Shown: positions 14,167-25,978 of the stretch, piece after piece | How the letters are laid out: every line of letters begins with the position of its first letter | Numbering within the stretch: position 1 is the first letter of the stretch | Source of the DNA: Patellaria atrata CBS 101060 | Taxonomy: Eukaryota | DNA length: 64,000 nucleotides | Direction of reading: 5' to 3' | Assembly (NCBI GenBank): GCA_010093705.1 | Contig: MU006091.1 | Location: 930,001-994,000 of the forward strand | Program-made: the position numbers and the translations under genes | Notes under the pieces: model-generated | What the model saw: only the letters and a program-made list of their open reading frames with translations | Database searches by the model: none | Told to the model about the DNA's origin: nothing

Positions 14167-14337
14167 TGTTACGGAACGGTATACTAACCGGTCAGTGACT
14201 AGGCACTGCTGGTCTCACGGTAAGGGAGATTGGTCGGCCCGAGAGGCTTGGCTCACGCATGTCTTCTCGTCTACTCGTAGCTAGAACTAGACCAATTCAA
14301 CTCACTTTTACCACAGCTCTATGCTCGTTTCTTAACA
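14167..14337. mobile_element. Solo LTR, 171 bp
   Basis: TGTTA...TAACA termini; perfect 5-bp target-site duplication AGTAT at 14162-14166 and 14338-14342; normal GC content within extremely AT-rich flanks. Confidence 0.85.
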
Positions 14338-14489
14338 AGTATTTTTGAAATTTAAATATATAATAATAATATAATAATATAATAATATAATACAAAATAT
14401 TTAAAATTAAAATATTTTGATATATATAATAAGAGTTTTACATTTTTTTTTAAAAAATATTAAAAATTAAGAATATTCTTTAAAATAAT

Positions 14490-15209
14490 TGTTACGGCCA
14501 CGGGACAGCAGGAACGCATCACTAGTGGAGATGGCACTACTGTTGTGACGATGTCACAGATTATCATTTCCTACTTTCCCTTATTAGTAGTAGTCGCGCC
14601 GAGGTTCTACCGCTACGTGCTTGATACTAGTAGATCGCGCGACTATAACTTCTTCTTTCCTTAACTTAATCTCTTTACACTGTAGTTAGGTTATACTAGT
14701 TGCAATCCAATTCGATTCTCTACAACCGCTACGCCGTCACAACTGTGGTAAGTACCAGAACGGAACAACTAACACGGAGGTCACGTGACGTGACCAGTGG
14801 TCAACGTTGGTCAACGGTGTTGGCCATTGACCTGAGGAGGCCATAGGGCAAACATGGCTATGAAGAAGGAATACTTAAGGACGCTCCTTTACTCATGTAT
14901 TTAGATTCTTCGTAGTTCTTCTTACCAACATATCTTACTATAAGATTGAATGTTATGATCTTTGACTTAACTCAGCTTTGTCATACTGTGTTCGTACGGT
15001 ATTACTTGTCTCTGCTGTGAAAGCCTTTGAGAGAGAGTTAAGGGGAAGCAAGCTATATTGTTAACTTGAAGTGCAAACCTTTACACGTTCTATCACGAAG
15101 CGGAAACCCTACCCTTCCCAGAAGGAGGTCTCTCGTTAGTGAGAAACATTGAGTGTGTTTATACCTATCCAGTTTCGACTTAGAGAAGTATAAACTCCCG
15201 TCAGTAACA
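14490..15209. mobile_element. Solo LTR-like element (about 517 bp once the nested LTR is removed)
   Basis: TGTTAC...GTAACA inverted termini coincide with sharp AT-to-GC transitions; flanking 5-mers ATAAT/GTTAT match at only 3 of 5 positions. Confidence 0.65.
14544..14741. mobile_element. Solo LTR, 198 bp, nested inside another LTR
   Basis: TGTGACG...CGTCACA termini; perfect 5-bp TSD ACTGT at 14539-14543 and 14742-14746. Confidence 0.85.
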
Positions 15210-15587
15210 GTTATATATAAAGAATTTAAACTCAAATTTTTAAACTTAAAGCTGTTATAATTAATAAGTTATTCTTATTTCAGTTTTAAGGAGAAAGTGT
15301 GCACGACGTGGACTATACTTCTAAGTTATCGGTGAATTGTCGGAAGTTGATTCCCAAGCTCACACACTTTTGGGACATGCGTTGCACGTGTCATCAATGT
15401 AAGACGATGTCGGAGAACGGCGAAAATGAGCCATTAAGGCGGGATAAAATTGACCTGCCTAATGTGTATGTACACTTACTAGGCAACTCTCAGTCTATAA
15501 GGGATTTATATACTCTGTATTGGATCTATAAAAGCTAGCACAAGAATACTTTTAAAATATTACACTGGATTGTCACCAAACCAAAAA

Positions 15588-16873
15588 ATGGCTAACCGAA
15601 TAGCAAATCCGACGCTCTTCCAAAAGGCTACGGAGACAATAGAACATTTACGGAAGAACGTCCCTGAAAATCTCCAGTATCCAAAAGTGGCTATCATTTG
15701 TGGATCTGGTCTGGGTGGACTTGTAGACACTATTCATGCAGAACCTCGGGCTGAGATTCCATACTCTGATATTCCACATTTCCCTGTCAGCACAGGTCGG
15801 TGACAACTATCTGTTGAAATTGTTGCTCTCTTCATTAACCAGTACTGTTTTGTTGCAGTTGTCGGCCATGCTGGTAGAATGGTATTCGGTCTCATGGGCC
15901 CCCAAAATCTCCCTATAGTCTTACTGGTTGGAAGGGCACAGTTAGTACTTGAATAACTACCTTGAATGCTACTCACAACCAGCCAGTTTTTACGAAGGGT
16001 ATGAATTAGGATTGATTACATATGCAACGAGGGTTTGCAAAGTCCTTGGGGTAGAGATAATGATCGGTATGCTGAACTGCAGAATGTGGGTAGTCAATTG
16101 GTGATAAACTACTAACTGATATACTGTAGTTACAAATGCTGCTGGTGGCCTGAACCAGGAATACTCAGTTGGTGATATAGTCATACTGAATGATGTATGT
16201 CTCGGATAGTCCTTGATACCTAATACAATGCTAACCTGTACCCAAGCATATCAATTTGCCCGGGTTTGCAGGCTTTAATCCTCTTCGTGGACCGAATGAG
16301 AATGACTTCGGAGTGAGGTTTCCACCTCTCTCTGATGCATATGATCTCGATCTACGTAGGAGAGCTCACAAAGCCTGGACAAAACTTGGGTTCGACAAGG
16401 GACCTCGACGAGTCCACGAGGGTGTATATGCATTTGTAACCGGACCAACGTGAGTTTTATTCCTAATCATAGGTGCCGGGTTATAACCGACATCTCCTAG
16501 ATTCGAAACTCGCGCTGAGTGTCGTCTATTGCGCACTTGGGGAGCCGATGTGGTTGGCATGTCCACAGTCCCTGAAATCGTCGTGGCAAGACACTCAGGA
16601 ATGCGTGTACTTGCGTTCAGTCTTGTCACCAATAAAGCGGTTCTCGAGCCTGGAGTAAGTGGAAAAGACGAGAGTATTCAGAATATGAGCCCAAAGGAAC
16701 TTGAGATCTACCTCAGTGCAGGCAAGGCAAACCACGAGGAAGTCCTTGAGGCCGGACGAGAAGCAGCCAAAGATATGCAGGTAAGGTTCAGATCTCAAAT
16801 GGCTATGATTCCAGTATTAACAACCGTACAGGAATTGGTAAAACAAGTATTATCTGATCTGTATGATCCGTAG
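15588..16873 (+). CDS. PNP1: Purine nucleoside phosphorylase
   Basis: Motifs [69 protein letters not shown] and ANHEEVL across multiple GT-AG introns. Confidence 0.95.
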
Positions 16874-17075
16874 GAACTCCTAGTAATGCTTTACGTGTCA
16901 AATTTTGAAACATTGAACATAGCAATCCATTGCTCCCGTTGACGTATAAGTGATGTGCTGTATGCTGGATGCATCCATAGGATACACACCACGATAGAGG
17001 TTCAGGTGTCACCCGATAACAACATATAGAATGTTCCAAGGGGGTAATGGCTGACAACTGGGAGGCACAAGAGCT

Positions 17076-18072
17076 TCAGCGCTTGTTCTTTCCTGACCTC
17101 TTCGCTTTCAAAGCTTTGTAGTAAGCTTTCTTCCCGCTGGTTTTGTCGCTTTGGATATCAGCATATTTTCTCTTGAAACGACCAGTTGTTGCCTCGCCCG
17201 CCAAAACCTCGTCTACTAAGGTCCTCTTTCGGTCCTTATTTTGTATTCTGGCACTGAAATACTCAGTTGGTCCCTCAATGATAGTGCCAACTTGGGAGAA
17301 GGGAGGAGCTTCAGCCCTCCCATTCTCCTTTTTATAGTGGCGGTGAGGATCTAAAACATTTCTCATCTTAAGGAGTTGGAGATCCCTCCGCAATTCTGGT
17401 GTAAGCTCGGTTCGAGGAAGATCTGTGATAGGTAAGTAAGACGTACTTCACTTAGTATGCAGGGGCAAAACGTACTATACCATGAAGGTCCCGCAGTTGC
17501 CTTTTTCTCCTAAAAGTATCGTCAGTCGGAATGTAGATGCACAGATCGAAAGAAACCAGGACGGGTATGAAACGTAGCAAATCAGAGTAACTATGAATTA
17601 AATTGGCTCTCATCTGTGCAGGTTGATGCCCAAGACGGGATCATAGTCTGCGTCAAGTGAAAATTGGGAAAGCTTTCCTCATGTAAATGTGTCTTCATGT
17701 GAAGGTGGAAGGCAAAACACATACCTCTGCTATCTTTCTCTTAATTACTAATTTGTCCTCGACCTTCCTCACTTTGTTCGAAAGCTCCCGCTGACTGCTA
17801 TCCACCAAGCGGGATGAATCGACTTTGGCTACACCATTGCTGTCGGTACGAACGTAAGGCTTGACAATTGCACCAGTATCGAGCTTCGGAAATTTGAACG
17901 AGGATGCTTGTGCTATCTGAGCATTCTGTGCCGTCTCTGCCTTCGCCCTGAGGCGTATCTCAGCTTGCTTCAGTAGCTCTTGAATTTGTTCGTCGGTTAG
18001 ATCCTCGTTATCCGTGAGAGGATCAACGTCATCTGTCGACGCTGGCAATGTATGTATGGTTGGAGATTCCAT
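17076..18072 (-). CDS. FCF2: rRNA-processing protein Fcf2
   Basis: C-terminal Fcf2 domain TAGPSWYNLPRTELTPELRRDLQLLKMRNVLDPHRHYKK...QVGTIIEGPTEYFSARI; intron 1 at 17510-17724 plus a second short intron. Confidence 0.9.
17578..17686 (-). ncRNA. Intronic box C/D snoRNA, snR63/U46(SNORD46)-like, predicted guide for 25S rRNA Am2256 (yeast numbering)
   Basis: Minus strand: C-box-like ATGAGGA (17682-17676), then TCATAGTTACT immediately followed by CTGA (17585-17582). The guide is the exact antisense of conserved LSU AGUAACUAUGA. Ends are approximate. Confidence 0.8.
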
Positions 18073-19714
18073 TGCGGGAAATCAGTCCCGAAACTCGTTC
18101 CTGCAGATGCTGTACGGAAGATCGTTACATGCATGTCATTGTCGTCGTGTTGTCGCAATAGCGGAGGACGTTTCTTTTGGGTAGTGAACAAGAAATTTTT
18201 GATATTCTGCTGGAGCTAGGCTAGACTATTTCCACATCCGAATATCAACCGCCAATGCGGAAATAATAAAATGCAAACACCAAGCATTTCGAGTACAGAA
18301 CGTATTCCATCGCCTTGCAACCGCTTCACGGGATTGAAGAAAGCTAATGATGATAGTACAAGCAATAGCTTCACTTTCCAATTCTAGCACTTTCTGTCGG
18401 ATAGATGATTCAATTTCTAAGTATATCGCTTGCCCGTAGAATGAACAACTCATCAACTCTTAGAGGAGCTGCAGCGGACTTCCCTGACGAACCAATAGTA
18501 AATGCTATTTTGCTTCAGCCCTCCAACTATCCGAACCCCCACAAGAAGCTATTCGAAGCTATTAGGAGGCGTGAGAGACTATCCATGCATCGTGGGGGAC
18601 GGACTCTTGTTAAGTTGTTGACAGCCTTGAGCCTGTTCCCCTTGACACTGCTGTAACTCCCAACAACACTCCATCTTTCCCATCTTCTGCCGTTAGCCCT
18701 CCATCTCGCCTCGAAGATGGAACCTTGAACATGCCGTCTTCTTCCAAGGTAAAAGGCTGTAAGCAGCGTCATCATACCTTGCCAGCGCCTTCATAGGAAA
18801 ATTTTCTTTCTGGATGCACAGTTGTCAAGCCTCAAGACCCCCTCCTCAGACAAGCTGAACAGCCCTACAGTTTGTATCACCATGGACGCTATCTTTTCCC
18901 AGTCACTCGAAAACGGGTATAATAAGTGTTTGACCTGACGATCACGCGTGAATGTTAAATCCCAGGTGTTACCACATACTTTGCTAAAAAAGCGATTACG
19001 GACTACCTTACCTACTTCATTCTTGCCTGAATACAGTCTTTGTATACCATCTTGTGCCTCATATTCCAATCTGCCAGCTGTTTCAACAGTCAGCACACTT
19101 GCGGGAGCCAGCAGTTGCTCGTCTCCAGATAATCATATCACTGCTGTAGCGTTCCCGAACGGGCACCCCTTGCTTCGTAAAAAAGCGTCTTGTTCTTGCA
19201 CTGTGGTTCGTCCGTGGCAAGAAGCTCTTCTCTCACCCGATTCGCTGTTACGGAAAACACCAAGGCAACACGAACTTTGCTGAGCAGCCTGAGCTTCCAA
19301 CATCTTCGTGATACACCAGGTAAACATTCAAAGCATTGTAACTTCTTCACTGCAGTGGCACAATCGATCATTATGGATGTTGACGTTCCCCGCCGAGCAG
19401 CTCTCAGCTCGGCCACAGCAGCCCTCCACTCCCGCCAGCTTTCCCCGCCTTGTGTTTCTTTTTTGGCTCAAGTGATACCAAGGTAGCCTCCACCGGAACA
19501 GACCGCATCTCTGACGCTGCAACTCCATCCACTTTCGAACCATTCACCGTTGTCTCTAGCTCTTCATCGAATCAATTGTCCTCCTTCCAGCCAGAAGGTC
19601 CATATTGTGTCTTTCCCCGACCTCATTTGCGCAACCCGGATTCTTATTTTTCTGATCCAGCGAATGGTCGTGCCGCCCACGACGAATTGATAGGCCAGCC
19701 GCCTGAATTTCTCC

Positions 19715-20960
19715 ATGGATCCATCCAATCTCCAAAGCGCCGGTGGGCAAAAGCTTCGCCAGCAACAACAGCAGCAAGGGCCGCGTCGTTATGATGGTCT
19801 AAATGGAAACCCGCTATATGACCCAGCGAATGGAGGTCATTACGGTACGTTTGCTCATGAGTGCACAAGCAGCGCCACGTGCGCGCCAGCTTCGAGATCA
19901 AATGATACTGACTTCTTCGCGTCTCGCAGGTGCCAGCGCTCATGTATGTTCATCCTACTATTGGACCATGTTGACCTATTTTGGTGGATAAAACCGTTCG
20001 AAGAGCCCACACTGATCTATTTGGTCCAGATAGCCGCGCAGGGGCATGCGCCAAATCCAGAGGTCTTCACCGGCCAATGGTCTAATGTAATGCGTCATGT
20101 TGATCTATAGCATTTGGCCGTACTGACACCCTTTAGGTGAACCAAGGCCTTCAGGGCAACTACCGCGACATACTCAACACTTATTGGCAGCAACAAGTCA
20201 CGAAGCTCGAAACAGATGAACATGACTACAAGATACACCAACTCCCCCTTGCGCGCATAAAGAAAGTGATGAAGGCAGACCCTGAAGTCAAAATGATATC
20301 AGCGGAAGCACCTATACTATTTGCTAAGGGCTGCGATATCTTCATCACGGAGCTCACCATGCGTGCATGGATTCATGCAGAGGAGAACAAACGCAGGACG
20401 TTGCAGCGCTCAGATATAGCCTCTGCGTTGGGCAAATCTGATATGTTCGACTTTCTGATCGATATTGTACCCCGCGAAGAAGCTGCTGGTCATGGCGGAC
20501 ACAAGCCTCGTGGTCAAGGTAACGCAGTCACGCAACCTGCCGCAAGCTCATCTGCTGTTCCTCCCCAAGCTGTGCAGCAGCAGGCAGGTGTCCATCCTCC
20601 TCCGCATCAAATGGGACCCCCCGAGTATGCGATGAATCAGCATATGCCGGAGCAAGCATATCGTGAAGCGAGTATGTACGCGCCGCAAGTCCCACAGGAT
20701 CATCAGGTCCCGTATCCAGGACAACCACAGATGTTTGATCAGGGCATGTATGGTGGATACGGCATGCCCCCGCAGCCTGTCAGTATAACTACTTTCCTGA
20801 ATATTTTCCAATGGTTTTCACTAACAGGTTGCAGATGTATCAAGTGAGCCAACGAGGACCAGATCCGAACGCGGGAGAGGCAGGTCACGGTTATAGGCCC
20901 CATGGGGATGCTGAGGGAGACGTTGATGCCGAGGGCGAGCGCGAAGATTTCGGCTCATAG
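19715..20960 (+). CDS. HAP5: CCAAT-binding complex subunit HapE/Hap5 (NF-YC histone fold)
   Basis: [62 protein letters not shown]; five exons including a 14-nt micro-exon at 19930-19943; stop TAG ends at 20960. Confidence 0.93.
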
Positions 20961-21841
20961 TTCTGGCATAGTGCTGATTTGTCACATCTAGTTGTCGAAC
21001 ATGAGGCACCCTAGTTTGGACCAGTACTATGCACAGACATGTAGGAAGTAAGGTTCCTCGTAGTTTCGCTTTGGGCGTTTGTTTCGGTTTCTTCGGCGGG
21101 CAATACATAAGGAGGTGTGTACGGTGTATAGCTTTCTGGACAATTCGAGTGGGACGGGAAATTGAGGAACAAGACTCATCTGGAAATGGCGCAAGGGAAT
21201 AAATGGCTTTCCATATGATCTATTGGTGCGCATTGAGGCTCTGAGACAATTGATGCTGGACTGATGGCTGCATTCATTCTGCATCGTTGCCCGACCTCAC
21301 CCTATCTACCATACCCCCCAACCTCCACCCCTTTGATCACCAACCTGGAAAGAAAGATATGTGAGTGACATATGCATGGAGCATATCCAAGGTACTCTGA
21401 GGATATGGATGAAAATGCCTCAAACCTCACTAATATGAAGTGTGTTCAGGTATGAGTAAAGGTAAGGTAGTCCGTCATTCCGTTTCTCGTCTTTTTCTTG
21501 TCATAAGTCATAAGTCCGCCAATCCCATTCCTCCGGGTAGTGCAAGTTGTACCCTATGCGTTGTGTGCGTTGACGGTGTGACCCCGCCATATTTGGTCAT
21601 TGGTCTCGATCATACCTTCCCCGTAACCCCACGTCCATTGATCGTTGTTTCCCTTTCCATTACAAGTATCTCTTTTTCCCACAAACAACCCCCCCATCTT
21701 ACATCTCTCACAGGAAAATTCTGTCCGTAACATAATATCAATTGTACTTTATCCTCTCTCATTCCCACTTCAACTCTCTTCCCAAACTCATATACTCTAC
21801 AGTTAAACCCCTTTTCACATACAAACTCCTAATTCACAAAC

Positions 21842-23201
21842 ATGAAAGCGGGTGGGGTAGCTCATCACTCATAACGGACTTCTGGGCTGACGCTATGAAC
21901 AGTCGTTGCTGGTGCGTCCGGTGGCATTGGGCAGGTAAGATCTTCTACTCGTGAACCATGGCCTTTACTATGCTAACCGTATTTCTAGCCATTGTCCCTA
22001 CTGCTGAAGACCTGCCCCCTCATTGAGGAGCTCGCGCTTTTCGACGTTGTCAACACTCCGGGTGTGGCTGCTGACCTTTCGCATATCTCCTCTCCTGCTG
22101 TACGTCTCCAAGTCCCCCAAGATATTGGATAGAAGATAGAAAACTAAGACAGGAGTAGAAAATTACAGGCTATCTCCCCGCTGACGATGGTATGAAGAAG
22201 GCGTTCTCCGGCGCTGACATTATCGTCATCCCAGCCGGAATTCCTCGTAAGATCCTTCCCGTCAATAAAATTGTCCACCTCTAACATAAGAATAGGCAAG
22301 CCTGGAATGACCCGTGATGATCTCTTCAAGATTAATGCTGGCATTGTCCGAGATCTTGTTCAAGGAATTGCCGAGAACGCCCCCAAGGCATATATTCTTA
22401 TAATTTCTAACCCTGTTAACTCTACCGTACCGATTGCCGCTGAGGTCCTCAAGAACGCCGGCGTTTTCGATCCCAAGAAACTTTTCGGTGTCACAACTCT
22501 TGACGTCGTTCGTGCGGAGACGTTTGTCGCCAGCATCACCGGCGCAAAGAATCCCCAAGAAACCGTCATTCCCGTTATCGGTGGTCATTCAGGGGAGACT
22601 ATTGTGCCCCTTTTCAGCCAGGCGAAACCCAGCGTATCAATCCCATCCGACAAGCTTGATGCCTTAGTCAAACGTATGTAAACGATTCGTGTTGTTGTTT
22701 TAGTTCTAACTGTATCTTAGGTGTGCAATTTGGTGGTGACGAGGTCGTTGAGGCCAAGCAAGGTGCAGGATCTGCTACCCTTTCTATGGCATATGCAGGT
22801 TACCGGTACATTCACAATCCCCTGAGTATAATCGCAATCTCTAATAGATTACAGCTTCGCAGAGAAGGTTATCAAAGCAGTAAAGGGCGAGACTGGCATT
22901 GTTGAGCCCAGCTTTGTCTATCTTCCCGGTGTTGAAGGTGGTGATGAGATCGCCAAGGCTACTGGAGTCGATTTCTTCTCCGTTCCTATCGAACTGGGTG
23001 TATGTTGTTCTATCACAAAAACTTACTTTTTTTTTTTTTGAACATTGCTGATTTTCATAGACCGAGGGTGTCAAGAGGGCCATCAATGTCGTAGGTGATG
23101 CTAACGACCATGAGAAGAAGCTTCTCCAAGTTTGCTACGATGGCTTGAAGGGTAATGTCTCGAAGGGTATTGATTTCATCAAGAACCCTCCTCAGAAGTA
23201 G
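21842..23201 (+). CDS. MDH: NAD-dependent malate dehydrogenase, cytosolic/peroxisomal type (no mitochondrial presequence)
   Basis: Spliced [84 protein letters not shown]; ends ...KNPPQK*. Confidence 0.95.
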
Positions 23202-23686
23202 GTCATCCTTAATCATGGTATCTGTGTTTATAGTGGTATGGTTTCAGATGACGCTGACGTTGAGAAGATAGATTATGATTGCTTCAGCAAGTGCTCAATA
23301 AATCGAGGTACTGTTGAGTCAGCAAGTCTAGGAGATATCATGCAAAATACTACCGTAGGCTATGTAGTAGTCTAACGTAAAAAGCCACCTAGACAAATAC
23401 CTATTATTAAATCAAATGTAAAACTGGTACCGAATCCTACATTGAGTGTTGCCCATTTGATATCTCCATTGCGCATATTCTCCGATTTCCGCTCTAAATG
23501 CATTCATATGAGCCCAGAATTGAAGCTATACACCCGTAAACGCCACGCTAATGCCTCATTCATCCATCCATTGAAACCTAAGGTAACCCATCCCTTTCCA
23601 TCACTACCTTAGATACTCCCTCCTAACTCCAAGTCAGCACAACACTAAACCCTCCTCCCTTCCCTCCACTCCCTCGCCCTCCCCAA

Positions 23687-24670
23687 CTAAGTTTTCGCAC
23701 CCACAGTCCTAATCTGAAACGTCGCACCCGGCAGCGCGCTTGTCTCACCCTGCACGGTGGCATTGATCCCCATGGACGCAAGCGCGCCGCGGATCAGACC
23801 GGCGGGGAAATAGAGAAATGGTTGCGCGCGGCTCAGGCTTAAGTTGGAGGCGTCGGATTTGGACAGCGACATCCGCGTTAAGGGCTTGAAGGTGTTGTCG
23901 GTTAGGACGTAGATGCCCTGAGGAAGGGGGGGAGGGTGTTAGATTTGGGGGTAAGAGGGGGAAGAGGGAGTTGGGGGGAATGGGGGTTAAAGGGATGGAG
24001 ATTTGGGGAGAAAAGAACGTACCCGATGGTTCGTTTTCAGATTGTCGATTTGCTTTCTGAATACTAAGGTCCAGAGGTCTTTGCAGAGGAACTTTATCAC
24101 GTCGAGGGAGTCGGTGAAGCGGGGTTTGTCGCGGGAGAATCTGGGGAAGATCGGGTTAGATTTATGACTCTGATCGCAGTTACACTCGATATGCCCCGGT
24201 CCCGCTGGAGTAGTGTCGAATCCTCCCGTTATGTAACCATCTTTCATCTTATACCCCATAGCCTCCAGCCCTCGGATACGCCCAGAGTAGAGGGGGGAAG
24301 AATACAAAAATAAAACATACCTCTCCACCACCCCCAAACCAACCCGATACCCCAGCATCTCCAGTCTATAAAACGCAGTCTCCCGCGCCTCTTCTTCGTC
24401 CAAGTTACTCATCACGCTCCCTGTTCCTCCTCCTCCCATATTTCCCCCCTCTCTACCCTCTTTTCCTACTATACCCTCTCCTCCCCCTTCATTCCCTCCC
24501 ATCCCAGAACCGCCCCTCCCCCTCGCCCACTCCTCCTCCCGCGCCGCCAGCTCCTCCGCCATCCGGAACGCCATGGGCACGAGCTCGATGAGGAGGAAGT
24601 CGAGGCAGGCGGCGTTAAGGTAGGTGCTGTTTGGATCGCTGAGGGTGGGGAACGTTGGATCATGGGACAT
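23687..24670 (-). CDS. TRS33: TRAPP complex subunit Trs33 (TRAPPC6, Bet3 family)
   Basis: LDFLLIELVP...LEMLGYRVGLGVVERFSRDKPRFTDSLDVIKFLCKDLWTLVFRKQIDNLKTNHRGIYVLTDN...FPAGLIRGALASMG; introns at 24141-24320 and about 23918-24022. Confidence 0.92.
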
Positions 24671-25978
24671 TATTGTTTATTTTTATTTTTTTCCCTTTCT
24701 TTCTTTCTCGTTGGTTTGTGCTATTTCTGGTTCTGGTCCTAGTCCTGTTTCTGTTTCTGCTGCTTTGCTTGGTCGGTCTTGGGGAGTTATGTGGGGTGTT
24801 GAAGTCGGGATTTGTGCGGTCAATGGAGGGGAGTTGGCGGGGGTTGGAATTGGTGGGTTAGGTACACGTTGGGTTTTGGGGGGGGGGTGGTTTTCGTGGT
24901 AGGCGTGAATTTGAGGTTGTGGAAATTTTTGTATTGCGGGTTTGTGGTTTTCTGGTGTTTGGGATGGGAATATTTGGAGCTCTCGAAGGTAGTCTAAGGT
25001 AAGGTTGAAGTACATTATCTAGTCTACTAGATTATTTGGGTTCGGCTGAGTAACGTCACACTCCGCTTAAGTCACGTTGAAAAAAAAAAATTTTATAATC
25101 TAGCATATCTCATTATAGTTTCCTACGATAAGAGGTTTTGGCTAGTCTACTGTAAATTCAATTGCAGACATACTGTAGGAGGGAGTATATTCCTTAACTA
25201 ATGCGTCGAGGGATTTGTAGCGAACAATATCAGAATCACGGCCAAACAAATAAGAATTAACTCAGTGAATTTTCTACGTATGATATCACTTTCCACATAC
25301 ACCATGCGTCCAGTCAATCGACTACGAGAATGAAATACCCATCGGATGTTCAAACTTATCACTACAAGTACTGCGCCGAACCAAACCAGGTTGTAAATGC
25401 AAAGTCAAGAGAAGACAAGGGGTACCGCAATACCGATTCGAAGGATCAAAGGTATAGCAAATGTGACTCGCTAATACGTCGAGCACAAGATATAAAATTT
25501 GAAGGGTCAAAGGAAAGGAAAGGCTGCCCGCTCGCGGCGCCGCATGTATGAGATCCGTTGCTTTTATGGATTTGGATCGGGGAGTCGATACGGGAAATTG
25601 GTGATGTGTGTGTATCGTGATATTAATGTCCCAGGCTCCGAGTCGAGTAAGAGCTGAGTTTGTGCGGAGATGTAGTCTTATTTTCGTTGACGATGTTCGT
25701 GAATCGATAGCTTAAGAACCGGAAAAGGCAAGGAAAGGCCCCTTGTAACGCCTGTGTTTGTTGTGGAGTCAGGTGTTTAACTGACAAATCCGACCTGACT
25801 GGAAGAGTGGATTGCTGAACCTCCAAAAGATCTACAAAAGTCCCCTAACTGACGCCTCGATGAACCGATGTGATAATGACTTATTTTCCTCAGGAAAGTT
25901 AGGGCAGGCTATGTGAAAGGAAGTTGGGTATAAGAATTACGCGGCCGTTTTCGTAGTGTCATCTTTGATCGGTTCACA

